Below are positions 22,701 to 34,539 of a stretch of 64,000 nucleotides of DNA, one piece after another (positions within the stretch are counted from its first letter, which is position 1; each line of letters starts with the position of its first letter). Where the stretch lies: positions 186,001 to 250,000 of IMG/VR virus record IMGVR_UViG_3300024999_000029; one strand, given 5' to 3'. The notes below the pieces were generated by a model. The model saw only the letters and a program-made list of their open reading frames with translations, made no database searches and had not been told where the DNA came from. A program made the translations under genes and the position numbers.

Positions 22701-22892
22701 TATTTTACCTTGTACTTTTTGAGTCGGTGAATTTGATTGTATGTAACTAGTCTTAGACTCTAACTTTGATAACTCTTCATAAAGCTGGTCGTACTGTTTA
22801 TCAGTCATAATTGGGTTATCATTCACATAATAAGCATTACACGCTTCAATTAAGATGGTAATCAATTCTTTTATTCTTTCAATTTCTTTCAT
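19761..22892 (-). CDS. ligA: NAD-dependent DNA ligase containing an intein
   Basis: KLDG adenylation motif, EIRGE, NPRNLAAGS, Zn finger CPSC..C..C, C-terminal BRCT. Confidence 0.93.
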   Translation of the reverse strand: MKEIERIKELITILIEACNAYYVNDNPIMTDKQYDQLYEELSKLESKTSYIQSNSPTQKVQGKIVDFLQKVKHSESMLSAEKSKDINDVIKFMGNQECILSWKLDGCFSGNMKVYMANGTKKKIKDIKIGDKVLSFNENTKEIDHNKVLNIYNNGRKPIEQWRRLGIYNCKTNNRDSVHVTNNHKFLTIDGWKEVKNVVEGDKIYTYDYILSPSQQSVLIGTCLGDGCAIKRYKDVNGVEFRYSKVNKHPYNILLQKYNSLFVDKLGKPRKSISGYNSEIDTIFINTLKNIPKEMDNKDNILRTGYTFTEEILSLITPLALAIYYMDDGSKAACQDDGSKAACQDDGYDRTKNIKVRAGFSTYRHKIEDVKRLSDFLINKYNINNTIRIERELKTEGSGAVIDILTDGTEIFFDLIAPYIPKEIRPYKLGLKDKWQNAEEIKWWEDIGKMGLTENEVKENKQLVILKGESGLAKHLTAYDIEIEKDHTYIIEGFAVHNCTIVLRYNNGKLEKCLTRGGGEEGEDVTHTVKTFANVPLKIDYSGYLEIRGEGLVTFENFEKVNNDLIINGEKTYSNPRNLAAGSVRQLDARITKKRNLIFIAFGIVKCDKDFEFKNDQFHFLESLGIDVVFYQIVDRSIIVESVNLFNKNIKKLSYLTDGLIIEFNNIEYGKSQGVTGHHSKALYALKWNDDSSETIFRGVKLNTTRTGMVSITGFFDEVDIDGVNVSKASLHNYDIFKYLELGIGDTVTVYRANAVIPQIEENLTRSGTYKIDMKCPSCGSEIVIKTPKEAKFLFCENENCPSKIVNKFVHFCSKDAMDVEGLSEATIEKFIDKGFIKDFHDIYKLEQYKKEIVIMDGFGVKSYNNLIAAIEKSKTIELYRLIYALGVNQIGLGGAKRLSKHFNNDINKFFGAIDNHYDLTQIEDFGDITAQAVNNYFSNAENLNQVNILLDYISINNPIQTNTSNKLEGKIFVITGDVNHFTNRKELQSKIEELGGKCSSSVSARTSYLINNDNTSSSSKNKAAKALNVPIITEEEFIEMIK
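21399..22574 (-). mobile_element. intein (392 aa) with LAGLIDADG homing endonuclease
   Basis: Begins CFSG directly after KLDG; block B VTNNHKF; LIGTCLGDG and YMDDG motifs; ends VHN followed by C. Confidence 0.9.
21853..21914. repeat. 27-bp tandem duplication inside the intein endonuclease (DDGSKAACQ x2)
   Basis: CCATCATCTTGACATGCTGCTTTTGAA at 21853 and 21880, followed by a partial third copy. Confidence 0.95.
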
Positions 22893-25800
22893 TTTAGTCT
22901 CCTTTTATATTTATTTTTAAATAATATTCAGATTTTAAAGTAATTCCATTATAAACTCATCTAACTTCTTTTGCATACTTTCTATTTTATTTTTTGTGAA
23001 ATTAGCTGAATAATCTCTATGTACGACTTCTAAGTTTAACATATCTAATGTAATGTCATCTGAATTCTTAAACATACTCTTAGTATAGTTAAGCAATTTT
23101 TCTTCTGAATAATCCTGAATAGCTTCTTCCAATGTTTTTAAAGAGAATTCATTTAGATCTGTATGTATCAACACTTTGTTATTCTTGCAAAAAGATATAC
23201 CTGTCTCTATTCCTTTTGAAAATTCTTTTGCATATTTAAAATCTGATTCAATTTCATACCATTCATAATTATATCCACCAACACAAACTTTCATTTTATA
23301 CTTTCCTTTCTTGATTAAAATAGATCTGTAAACTTCATCACTTTGCATTCTTGAAATTCTGCACTCTCTTGTGTCTTAGTTGCTTGCAATTGTTCTTTTT
23401 GTTCAATGAAGAAATAAGGATATTCCAAATACGTTTTATTATCTAGTTCATCAACATTAAAACCCAGTGTATCTGCATAATTAACTACTTGTTGACACTG
23501 ATTTTCATCTGTAACATGTATTGCTATTTCTCCGTTTTTAAAATTTTCTTCTAAAAATCTATTATTCATGCAATTCCCTCCAAAATCACTTTAAAATTTA
23601 GTTTTTATTGACTTTTTCATATATTTCCCGAAGTTCTTTAGCGCATTTTTTACAATAACATGGTACTGGATAACCATTCTGCCAAACAATATCTGGAGAT
23701 TCTTCTAGTTTACATCTAGGGCATTTCATATTACCTCTCCTTTCCAATTAAAACTTAATGTTTATTGCATTATGATCCCATATTAGCTGTTAAAATAATT
23801 TGTTCAATATCTACATCTATTTCAGCAACTCTTAATTTGGCTTTCTTAAAGTCCTCATTATTCACTCTTGAAAATCTTTCTGCGTGTAATTCATCTTTGG
23901 CTATCACTACCATTGTGAAATCTTCACAGTAACTAAATCTATCTGTTCTTTCAATTTTAAAACATTTCAAATTATCATCTCCTTTTTTATAAAATTAACC
24001 TTCTATTTCACTTCCGCATTTATTACAAACAACTCTAATTTCACCATCATATCCACATGGAGTAAATAACACACCCTCTTTTTCATTCTTTTGTGAAAAC
24101 TCAGTTTCTCCATTAAATAATGGATATTTATCTCCAATTGTAACAATAGATTTATTTCCACAGCTTAAACAAACTAATTTAAACATATGCTTCTCCTTTT
24201 ACTATAGAATTCAAATTCTATTGTTTATTTATTTGCTAATTTAAATATACCATTCCAATTTTTATATTTAATTAAATCCTCTTGAGAAACTAACAATTCA
24301 TATTCTTGCTCAATTTCTTCTTTAGTTCCGTATCCATTAAAACTTGGGCTACTACCTATTTCAAATTCATTATGTTTTTCTATTCTATTAAAAATAATAA
24401 ACATATCTTTCATAGAATTCATCCTTGTTGCAAAACTTTCAATTTGAATTATTTCATTAGTTTCTTTATTTATATATATATCATTTAATTTCATTATTAT
24501 TTGTCCTCCTTTTTATAAAATTCAAGATTTATTGACTTTTAACAATCTCCACATCCATTACATATTTTACCACGATGTATTTGACATTCTATAGGCTTAT
24601 TATAATGAGGATTATTCCAATAATTTTTCTCTTTTGGTATATTAAAATCTTTTAAAATACTTTCTAACCAAATATGAAAATTAGTATAAATACTGCTTTC
24701 TCTGTCTAATGTATTCTTGAATTTATTACTTGAAAATCTTGCTTTTGTGGCTTGATTATATAATTGCTCTATTTCATATTGTTTATTTTGAAGTTCTTCA
24801 ACCAATTTTTGATATTCGGTCATTGATATTATGTAATATTTTTCGCCACATGCAGGACATTTTCCATCATATTCAGTTTCATTAAATTTATTATCACATA
24901 ATTTACATTTCATTACTTTCTCCAATCTTTAATCAAATCTCTCTTTTATTTTAATCATCAATAACCATATCTTTTAGAAATAGCATTATTAATTCATTAA
25001 TAAAGCTCTTGTCTTCTTGTGAATCCATATACTCACTACTTCCATGCCACTTCCCCACCTTATCTTTCCATAAATCATATTGTCCAAACCCACTAGAACT
25101 AGACCATGATATTCTTATACAGCCATCATGAATAAATATATTCTCTTCTTTCTGTGTATAAGGTGGAAACACTTCTATATTATCTATATACAAGCCATCA
25201 ATCATTTATCATTCCTCACTTTCAATAAAGGTTTCAATTTAAATTAACTTACCAAACTATCAATCTTTTCTTGCAGCGTGGACAATTCTTCTTTTAAGTT
25301 CTTTAATTTTAATATTTTTTGGTTAATTTCATTATCCAACATATTTTTAACCTCTTCGTTAAACCCATCTTTACTAATTAATTCTTTCAAAAATCCTTTT
25401 ATAATTTCTGTCTGAGGATATCCTCTAGTAATATCTTTAAACTCCCAAGACTTAAAATAATTATTAACAAACATGTTTTCTATTAGCTGATAAACTGCAT
25501 CACATGCTATTGCATTATTAATTTCCTCTTTATTGTCTAAGTAGATCTTTTTTCTAAAAGATTGCTGCTCATAGCCTAATCCAGCTAACCACTTTTCCAA
25601 AGGTTCAACTTTAGTAATACATCTATAATCTTCATCTAATAAATAAGACACAATACCATCAAAATATCTACGTCTTACATTTTCAAATCTTTCAAACATC
25701 CAAGTCTCAACATCGTCGCATATGCTACTAAAAACCTCTTCATTGAACTTTTTCTGTAATGATTCAATAGTTTTTATAGTTTTATCAAGCACTAAATCTT

Positions 25801-26245
25801 TTGTTTCTTCCATATTATCCTCAATTTCAAATTGACTCCTGTACATAATTCTATCCTCCTAGTTTAATCAAATAATACTTTTATTTTAATCATTACCAAA
25901 ATTTTAAATCTTCATAATAAAACTCTTTAGATATTCTTTTCCCACACATAGGACAAAAATTAATTGAAAATCTGCAACTGACGGGAGCAATAACTACATC
26001 TCCTATTTTATGATAATAGCTAATATCTAAATTATCATTAAATGATGCAATTTTAAAATATTGATTTTCATCTCTACAACCTTCACAATTAGAACAATCT
26101 GCATTCCCAAATTTATCTGCATGAACTTTATCACATATATTATCATCTGACATGCTTGTTCTAATTGGAACAATAATATTTTTATACTCAAGACTATCAC
26201 AGTATTTACACATAATTTTCTCCTGTTATTGTTAAAATTTTTCTT

Positions 26246-26914
26246 TTATACGAATTTCATTAACCATTTAAATATTTTATTATATCTTCTTTTGGTATAT
26301 CTGGGATTGGCTTCATTATACCAATCATCCCAATCTTTGTCACGCTTAGAACAATTACATCCCATACATGCGAGAATACAATTTTCTATTCCATTACCAC
26401 AATCATTATAAGCATGGTCTTTGTGCAACCTTTGATTATATATTTTTATTGCATCTTCCTCAGTCATCCCACAATACATACACCTATATTTTGCATAATC
26501 ATATAATTCCAATAATTCATCTTCAGTCATGTCATGTTTTTTATGCATCATACGAGATTCACGATATTCTTTAACTTTGTCGGCATTATTATCATACCAT
26601 CTCTTTAAATTTTCTCTTAAATAATCTCTTTGTTCTATATTTCTTCTTTGAAAATATTCATTGCGCTTTTTATATTGTTTCTTATCATAATTCCTTGTTC
26701 TTTCGGGATTATCTTGTTTGTTTTTCGTTGCCTTTGTAATTGAACATTTTTTACACCAAGTATTGTAGCCATCCATACTATTGCTTTTGTTCTTATAAAA
26801 ATATTCGTTATTCATCGGTAAAAATTCATTACAAATAGTGCATAATTTGTATTCAATATTATTTACTATTTTATGTATACTTTTATATTTTTGTTGTTTT
26901 AACTCTGAATTCAA
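26246..26914 (-). CDS. HNH endonuclease (paralog of 2427..3107)
   Basis: CMYCG...HKDHA...CMGCNCSK. Confidence 0.8.
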   Translation of the reverse strand: MNSELKQQKYKSIHKIVNNIEYKLCTICNEFLPMNNEYFYKNKSNSMDGYNTWCKKCSITKATKNKQDNPERTRNYDKKQYKKRNEYFQRRNIEQRDYLRENLKRWYDNNADKVKEYRESRMMHKKHDMTEDELLELYDYAKYRCMYCGMTEEDAIKIYNQRLHKDHAYNDCGNGIENCILACMGCNCSKRDKDWDDWYNEANPRYTKRRYNKIFKWLMKFV

Positions 26915-28122
26915 TATTTCTCGCTCCTTCCGATTAAAATATCCTTTTTATTTACTTTTCGTTAATTTTGCAATTATCCTATCTTGCTCCTCAAGAGCTG
27001 ACCACAACTTTTTAGACGCTAAATTATTTTGCGGGAAACAATCAATATAATACTCGACACCCTCATATTCCACCATTGCTCCATATACAAATCCGCCAAC
27101 TTCTTTAACATATGGAGATTTTGTAATAGATACAATTTTAATAGCATGTTTAGATTTTATAGTAAAGTCTTTATATTGTTCATTCTCTGTGTTGTAATTT
27201 AATATGCCTCTTACTCTCTTACTATTGTTAATGTGGACAATATCGCCAATTTGAAATTCTGATTTACTCATTAAACAAACATCTCCTTTCGAGAAAACTA
27301 TAATTTCATGTTAAATACTTTATACAATACCAAATCCCTAAAGCTCCAATAATTCCAGTGAATAACTTCATCTATATCTCCTTATTCAGTTTTTCTATCT
27401 TTATTATACCATCACATCCGCTACATAGCTTATAGAAAATTACCATACCTTTTTCAGAATTATATTTAATTGTCTTTGATGGTTCTATATTGCAATCTGG
27501 ACAAACAAATTTTCCATCTTTTAATATAGCTAACTTAGTTGTTCTTGCTTTTGCTGATTTAGTCGTTTTTGACTTTATCTTTTTAACCATTAATTATCTC
27601 CTATCTATTATATTTTTATTTATCGCATTTAGTAAAAATTTACCTTATAGCTTATTATACTTTTATATTTTAATTTTGTCAAGCAAAAATCCCCTCTTTT
27701 TCCCCTATTATATGTAAGAAGATTCTTGCAATTCTTACTTTTTATATTAATTACAATACAACTTAACATTTGTACCTCTCCCTAAATTTATCTTAACTTC
27801 CTCATCTTCTAAGTCCTCATTAGATTTTACCCATGCCGAAGATATTTTATCTCTTTTAATATGTATATCCTTAGTCTCATCATTATATGCTGACAATCTT
27901 AACACATGCTCATTACCACAAGAATAAAACTCATTTAATTCAACTAATGTAGATACATCTCCATCAATTTCTACAAACATACTTTTGTCTTCATACTGCT
28001 TTAATACTTCACCCAACTGTTCATAGCTAACTTTTTTCATACTAAAGCCCTCCTTTTTAATTTTAAATGATTTTTTGTTGACATATACTAAAAACAATGC
28101 TAGAATGATAAAGATTTTTAAA

Positions 28123-28161
28123 TTCTACATAAATAATTAAAAATTAATTATTTATGTAGAA
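28123..28161. promoter_or_regulatory. perfect 18-bp-arm inverted repeat between divergent genes (operator or terminator)
   Basis: TTCTACATAAATAATTAA-aaa-TTAATTATTTATGTAGAA. Confidence 0.55.
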
Positions 28162-28270
28162 AATCAAACTCGTTTTCTAAGTCCACTATTATAATAACAA
28201 AAGTTTTAATATTATGCAATATATTTTAAAAATTTTATTAAAATATTAATAAAAACGAAAGGGTGATTTT

Positions 28271-28903
28271 GTGATTTTCTCTCAACGGTTAAAAGAATTG
28301 CGAAAATCTAAAAACATGACTCAACAAGACCTTGCAAACATGTTGAACATATCTCAAGGAACCATCACAAACTATGAAAGAGAGCCTGATACTATTGGTA
28401 TAGAATCTCTGGAAAAATTAGCAGAAATATTTGACACATCTGTAGATTATCTTTTAGGATTAACTAATATTCCACAAAAACCTGAAAATTTTATAGAATT
28501 TAAGAATACAATTAATATTCCAATTCTCGGCATAATAAAAGCAGGAAGCCCCATTTTTGCTCAAGAAAATATTGAAACCTATTTTCCCCTTCCAAAAGAA
28601 TATGTTCCCGAAAATTGTTTTGGACTTAAAGTAAGAGGAGAAAGTATGATTGAAGCTGGCATACATCCCGAAGATATTATTTTGGTTAAAAAACAAGAAT
28701 GGTTTGATAATGATGGAGATATAATAGTGGTTATTGTAAATTCTGACAATGAGGCAACTGTTAAAAGAATATACAAAGATAAAGATGGAATTATCCTTCA
28801 GCCAGCAAATAGAAATTATAAGCCCATCAATATTCCTAAAAATGAATGTAATCATGTTAAAATATTAGGTAAGGTAATAAAAATTATCACAGATGCAAAG
28901 TAG
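28271..28903 (+). CDS. CI/LexA-like repressor (XRE HTH + S24 autopeptidase)
   Basis: HTH N-terminus; Ala-Gly cleavage site (IKAGSP), catalytic Ser (GESM) and Lys (TVKR). Confidence 0.9.
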   Translation: MIFSQRLKELRKSKNMTQQDLANMLNISQGTITNYEREPDTIGIESLEKLAEIFDTSVDYLLGLTNIPQKPENFIEFKNTINIPILGIIKAGSPIFAQENIETYFPLPKEYVPENCFGLKVRGESMIEAGIHPEDIILVKKQEWFDNDGDIIVVIVNSDNEATVKRIYKDKDGIILQPANRNYKPINIPKNECNHVKILGKVIKIITDAK

Positions 28904-28930
28904 TGCAGAATTAATAACCTGCACTACTTT
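28897..28930. terminator. bidirectional terminator between convergent repressor genes
   Basis: AAAGTAGTGCAG-loop-CTGCACTACTTT. Confidence 0.75.
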
Positions 28931-29883
28931 CATATATAATCAATCAATTCCTTTTTTGTAACACTCCAGTATTTTTTATCCCTTCCGTATTGATCATTAA
29001 TTTTTTCGTAATCTTCTCTAGTTAATTCTTTACCATTTAAGGATTTAATTTCTTTTGCCATATTTAACATACCCGACAACCAAATATTTCTTGGATTTAA
29101 ATAAGGATTCCCATACCAATTAACAACTCTTTTAACCCTACTATTAATTACTATAGGCTTAAGTTTTCCTTCATTTTCTGCGTGTTTTGTAGGTCTTAAA
29201 ATATACCCAGTATTTAATAATATATTTGTTTTTTTCTTGCCAGTTGTACTTTTGCCATTGTTCGGGAGATATTCTGTTTCAATTAAAGAATCTTTTATAA
29301 TAGATACAAGCTTGTCCGATATTTTTAACTGTCTTTCATTGCCATCATCTCTAATTAAATTTAAGATATTATTATCAAAATCAACATCTTCTTCTTTTAA
29401 ATTAACTAACTCATCAAATTTTATGCCATATACTCCTTCAAACAATAACAAGGATAACAACTTATCTTGTTTATTGACACAGTCGTCTGTCATTTTTATA
29501 ATTTCATCTTTAGATATAAACTTTTTCTCTTTTGCTATTTGATTCACATATTTTTTACGTCCTTCAACTCCATGCATTCTAAATAAATTAATCATTGTAG
29601 GCACAAAACCTTGTTGTATACAAAAGTCCACATATTTAATCAAACTACTTCTTTGTGTATCAATAGACTTATCAGTTCCTGTCTCTAATACTATAAAAAT
29701 GTTATTTACTTCATCAATATTAAAAGCATATATATCTTTATTTAATTCTTTTTCCATTCTGTAAGTTTTACCAAAAACATATCTAATAGTATTCTTAGTA
29801 CTCTCAGCATATCCTCCAGTATTCATAAATCTTTCTTTTAAATCTTGATTGTAAATTTTTCTTTCTTTGGTTTTGATACTCAT
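28930..29883 (-). CDS. MrpR/YopR-like lytic-cycle repressor (catalytically degenerate tyrosine-recombinase fold)
   Basis: MYN..KERF start, EKELNKDIYAF, LLFEGV...ELVNLK, IWLSG; lacks R/HxxR; sits downstream of a YopQ-like gene as in SPbeta. Confidence 0.7.
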   Translation of the reverse strand: MSIKTKERKIYNQDLKERFMNTGGYAESTKNTIRYVFGKTYRMEKELNKDIYAFNIDEVNNIFIVLETGTDKSIDTQRSSLIKYVDFCIQQGFVPTMINLFRMHGVEGRKKYVNQIAKEKKFISKDEIIKMTDDCVNKQDKLLSLLLFEGVYGIKFDELVNLKEEDVDFDNNILNLIRDDGNERQLKISDKLVSIIKDSLIETEYLPNNGKSTTGKKKTNILLNTGYILRPTKHAENEGKLKPIVINSRVKRVVNWYGNPYLNPRNIWLSGMLNMAKEIKSLNGKELTREDYEKINDQYGRDKKYWSVTKKELIDYI

Positions 29884-29906
29884 TCAATTCACCCTTTCAT
29901 TAATTT

Positions 29907-31220
29907 TTATATTAAATCTTTAAAATAATTTGATATATTTTCAATTATTTTAGGTTTTAATTTTTTGTTATTTAGAATCTGATTTTTTATTTCATTATCT
30001 ATTTCATCAATTAAACTAATAACATCCTTTAGTTTTGAGCTCCATTGTAAATCTCCTTGCAATTTTGAAAATATTGCCATATAGCCTATGAATGTATTTG
30101 GATGATTTATGATACTTTCTTTTCGTATTTTTACAATATTGTCTTTAAATGCAATTGGATTCAAATATACTAATTCATTAAAACATTCAATTAACCAATC
30201 TGCGACATCCATAACTTCTCTTTTCATTTTATACTTATTTTTGAAGTTTTCTTTGATAGCCAAAGACAATATATCCCAGTCTATTAATGCCTTCCCTGAT
30301 TTTATAAGTAAATCATTAGTTGTAATCATTCCTCGTACATCTGAGCTGGATTCATTAATTCTTTTTATAATGTCGTTTTCTAATTTATCGGGATTAATCC
30401 TGTCTAAATAATCTCCATTAATTTTATTCTTTTTGTCTGATTGAATGATAACTCTTTTGGCTTTATCTGTATCAAAATTTGTAATATTTACTCCAAATTT
30501 ATAATCCAAATTTGGATTTTCAATTAAGGCTCTTATCATTCCTAAACATCTATGATAACCATCTACGATATTAAATTTTCCTTTTGTTATTTTTAACATT
30601 CCAGATCTTTCGTCAAATTTATATTCATCATCTCTATCATATAATAAATTAAATGTTATATCATCAGTTGGTATAAATTGATTTTTTAATAATGCATTTT
30701 TTATATCTTCTACCGATTCTTCATTTACATCTGGTTTTTCAAATATTAATCCATCTATTTCTTTTTTTATAGACTCCCTTTGAGTTTCATAATTATATAC
30801 CACAACTAAACGATTATATAATTCTACAATTTGCTGAATTGTTAAAATAACTTTAAAATGGTCATTACTTATTTCAGTTACTTTATCAAAAATCAAAGGG
30901 AATTTTTCTATTTTTTTATTTTTTTCTTCATATTTTTCTGCCCTTTCTATTTCTAATTCAGTAAAATATTTTTCTGGATTTATTATATTTTCTTTTGTTG
31001 TATTAAATAAAGATTTACTCAAAAGATATAGTTTTTCTCCAGATAAATTATTAATTTGCATAACTTTATTTAATATTGCTATTGTATCTCCTGCTAATAT
31101 TCCTTTTCCCGACATTTCTTTTGTAACTTGTTCTTTAGCTTTTTTATCCTTATTATATTTTTCAATTATGAAATATAATCCATTTTCTAATTCACTTCTT
31201 TCTGTTAGCATCCGTCTCAC
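29907..31220 (-). CDS. YopQ-like DndB/DGQHR-family protein
   Basis: YNYETQR and IVDGYHR motifs; SPbeta-like synteny. Confidence 0.7.
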   Translation of the reverse strand: MRRMLTERSELENGLYFIIEKYNKDKKAKEQVTKEMSGKGILAGDTIAILNKVMQINNLSGEKLYLLSKSLFNTTKENIINPEKYFTELEIERAEKYEEKNKKIEKFPLIFDKVTEISNDHFKVILTIQQIVELYNRLVVVYNYETQRESIKKEIDGLIFEKPDVNEESVEDIKNALLKNQFIPTDDITFNLLYDRDDEYKFDERSGMLKITKGKFNIVDGYHRCLGMIRALIENPNLDYKFGVNITNFDTDKAKRVIIQSDKKNKINGDYLDRINPDKLENDIIKRINESSSDVRGMITTNDLLIKSGKALIDWDILSLAIKENFKNKYKMKREVMDVADWLIECFNELVYLNPIAFKDNIVKIRKESIINHPNTFIGYMAIFSKLQGDLQWSSKLKDVISLIDEIDNEIKNQILNNKKLKPKIIENISNYFKDLI

Positions 31221-31348
31221 TCCTTAAAATTATATTTATTATTATTATTATTATTATTATTTTATCCTATTCTATCCAGATTGTCAATACTTTATGTATA
31301 ATTTTATATTTTTTATTTATAAACTAATTTTCTACTATTTTTACAAAA

Positions 31349-31400
31349 TTTTAGTCAAAAAAAACAACTACTTGTTAGATAGTTGTTTTTTTGACTAAAA
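31349..31400. terminator. long inverted repeat, probable terminator insulating the lysogeny operon
   Basis: TTTTAGTC-A8-CAACTA ... TAGTTG-T7-GACTAAAA. Confidence 0.65.
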
Positions 31401-32189
31401 ACCTCGATCAACTTCAGCCATGAGTGTTCACGACAAATTGCATAAGTTTTCAAAATAATTAATAAAATTCTGTTTAGATAATAAAGAATCTTCAGGATTA
31501 ATTACTTCACAAATTTTATTCCAAGATGTATTACTATTATTGTTATTATGTAGAACACAATCAATTAGATTTTGCTTACCTTGTTGTGGATTATAAGGAT
31601 TTAATCTTTTTGTTATAGACCACCAAGAGAAATAACTTGTTTGCGGATTATTAAATGTGTTCTGAAGTTCGTTAATTTTTGTAGTTAGCTCTTGATTACT
31701 TTTAAAATTTCGCATATTAATTCTCCTTTAATAAATTTATACACTAATTATATGATATTATAAATATTTATGGTTATATTTTTGCAAAATGCACGAAAAA
31801 GACTGTAAAATACAATTAGAATGTTGTTCGCATTAAAAAACGTGCAACATGCAATAGTTGTAATATATTAAATGATGTCTAATATTGTCGATTGTATAAT
31901 TATTATATACTTTTATATTTTATTTTTTAAGTCAATCCGTGTAATCTTGCGTCTGCTATTTGCTTCTCCAACACTTCCACATAACTAACACCTTTATTGA
32001 TCCGTCTGTGTAATGCATTTTCCACGTAAGGTTGAGTTAATAATAGTTCCCCGTTATATTTTATGAAAGCCGTCAATTGATTCAAAATTGCTACCTCTTG
32101 ATGCCATCTGCTATTTACAAATTCTAATTTAGTCATTTATTTGCACCTCATTCTGTATTATATTTTAGTCTATAAACCCATTAAAATTG

Positions 32190-32387
32190 TTATTTGATTG
32201 AATTATTCCACTTTTTTATTGCCTCTTCTTTTGTTTCATAGCTCTCCTTCCATCCACAATTACATATGGAGCAATTAGGATTATACCAAACCTCTCCATC
32301 ATAAAATTCTACATGAGTTAAATAAGCCAATTCTCCGCAAAAAGGGCAATGTTTTAATTCTTCATTATATTCCGATGTTATTCCCAT
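32190..32387 (-). CDS. Lar-family restriction alleviation protein
   Basis: ELKHCPFCG...CSIC...EAIKKWN. Confidence 0.75.
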   Translation of the reverse strand: MGITSEYNEELKHCPFCGELAYLTHVEFYDGEVWYNPNCSICNCGWKESYETKEEAIKKWNNSIK

Positions 32388-33885
32388 ATATAAATCCTTT
32401 CAATAAAATCTATTTTTCATATTGTTTTCTTGCTTCTTTTATTTTTTTAGATATATACTCTAACATAGTTTCCATAACACCGCTATTCCACATATAATAA
32501 TTTATATCACTATGAGTTTTGGCATTTGTAAGCCTTGTTAATATACTATATTGTAGCTCGTTCAATCTAACATGGTCATAATAATCACTTAATATCAATT
32601 GCTTAGCCTTTGTTTGTAGCTTTATTAATTCGTTATTTAATTCTTTTGTTTCTTCCTCTGTGTATTTGGTTGCCACATTATTACCTCCTTTTGGACAAAA
32701 TACTGGTTTTACTTTAATTTTTCTAACATAAGTGTTTCATTTTTTAATCTTTTTACAGTTAATTCATAACTCCCAATTAAAAATTTAAGCGTACTCAATC
32801 TGTCTATAATAGCCTCATTTTTGGTTTTATGATAACCTGGAATATCTTTCTCTGTGTCCATTTCTTTTTCCCGTATTTCACCATCATCAGTTATCTGAAA
32901 ATATAACATTTTTCTCCCCTTTTAAATATTGGATTTAACGTTTAATAATATTTATCTTTAATTTTCTGCATAAGTGGCAAATAACTTTCTTTTATATTCT
33001 TAGTAAATTGTAATAAATCGTTAATAGTCATTTCTGGTTTTAAATAACCAAGTTTTAAATTATGTTTTATAAACTCCTCCAATTGTTCAATGTTTTTTAC
33101 TGGTTTTTCAATACTCATAATCTTCTCCTTTATGAAATGTTACTTTTGTATTAATTAAGTACAATAACTTCTTTTATATAATCCCAATCTATATTTACTT
33201 CATTATCTATTTCAATCTCATATTCATTTATAAAAGTTAATACTCCTGAATAATCTTCTTCGTACTCAGATTTATCAGTTATAACTTTTACTTTTGTCTC
33301 ATTTTCAATTAAAGTCATTTGTTCCCCATCATTATTTCTAATAATGAGAGCGTTTAAAGAATTTATGCTATCAGTTTTCATACTTTACTCTCTCCTTTCG
33401 ACCAAACGTTAGTTTCATCTAAAATCCATTCAAATTCTTTTTTAATGTTGTTTTACTGTATATACGGCATATCTTCATCATAAGATATTTCTTTAGATTT
33501 AATTGTTATAATGTTTCCTTTTTGAAACTTATTTTTGTTAAGAAATGCTTCAGAAATAATTATTTTACAACCTACGCTTAAAACAATTTCACAATGTCCT
33601 GTAGATTTATCTTGTTCAATTTTCATTATCTTTCCCTTAATAACTATACCTTCATCATCATTTAAAACAGTATTGTCTATTATTTCAAAATCATTTTTAA
33701 TAAAACCCATAACAAATCTCCTTTCAATGAAAATCCCATTTTAATTACATTCTAAATCATTACGTTCATTGCCATTTTCGTCTATATACCATAAAGGAAT
33801 TATCTCACACCACCATGCCCACATAGTTATTCTCCTTCCTATTAATTTTACCATACACTTATTTACAATCAAATAGATTTTTGAT

Positions 33886-34539
33886 TTAAATATTTTTATA
33901 ATCTTCTTGTAGCCATTTCATAATTCTGTTATATCTTTTTTTAGAATAGATTTCTTTATTTTTTATGTACCAAAAAACTAATTCATATTTTCTTTTTGAG
34001 CTATTACACGATTTACAAGCAGGTACACAATTACTTAAATCATTTTCTCCGTCATGTACAACATGTTCTTTATGTAAAACGTTTTTATATTTTTGTGTAG
34101 CTTCTATTTCATTAATACCACAATAAGCACAGGAATAATTAAAATATTTTAAACATGCCGACCATTCTTCTTTTGTGATATTGTGATTTTTATTTTGTCT
34201 TATTTCATTATATTCTTTTAATTTATCTGGATTGGTTTGTTGCCATCTCTTCAATAATTCTTTTGGTCTTTCTGGATTATTATTTCTCCATTTTATATCT
34301 TTATTTCTAAAATATTCTGGATCATTTTCAAAAAGTTTATGATTATATTTACTACGTTCTTCTGCATGTTCTTTTTGATATTTCTTTTGTCTTTCAATAT
34401 TACATTTTTTACATTGAGGATGAAAACCATCTTTACTATAATTCCACTTATAAAAATACTCATCTGTTATAGGCAACCATTCAATACATTTAGTGCATTG
34501 TTTATATTCAATATCGTATTCTATTTTATATTGTGCCAT
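33886..34539 (-). CDS. HNH endonuclease (third paralog)
   Basis: CAYCG...HKEHV...CKSCNSSK. Confidence 0.8.
   Translation of the reverse strand: MAQYKIEYDIEYKQCTKCIEWLPITDEYFYKWNYSKDGFHPQCKKCNIERQKKYQKEHAEERSKYNHKLFENDPEYFRNKDIKWRNNNPERPKELLKRWQQTNPDKLKEYNEIRQNKNHNITKEEWSACLKYFNYSCAYCGINEIEATQKYKNVLHKEHVVHDGENDLSNCVPACKSCNSSKRKYELVFWYIKNKEIYSKKRYNRIMKWLQEDYKNI

Noticed and set aside
29907-31220. Phosphorothioation (dnd) system
   Set aside because: Only a DndB-like fold; no dndACDE. Context matches the SPbeta repressor operon.
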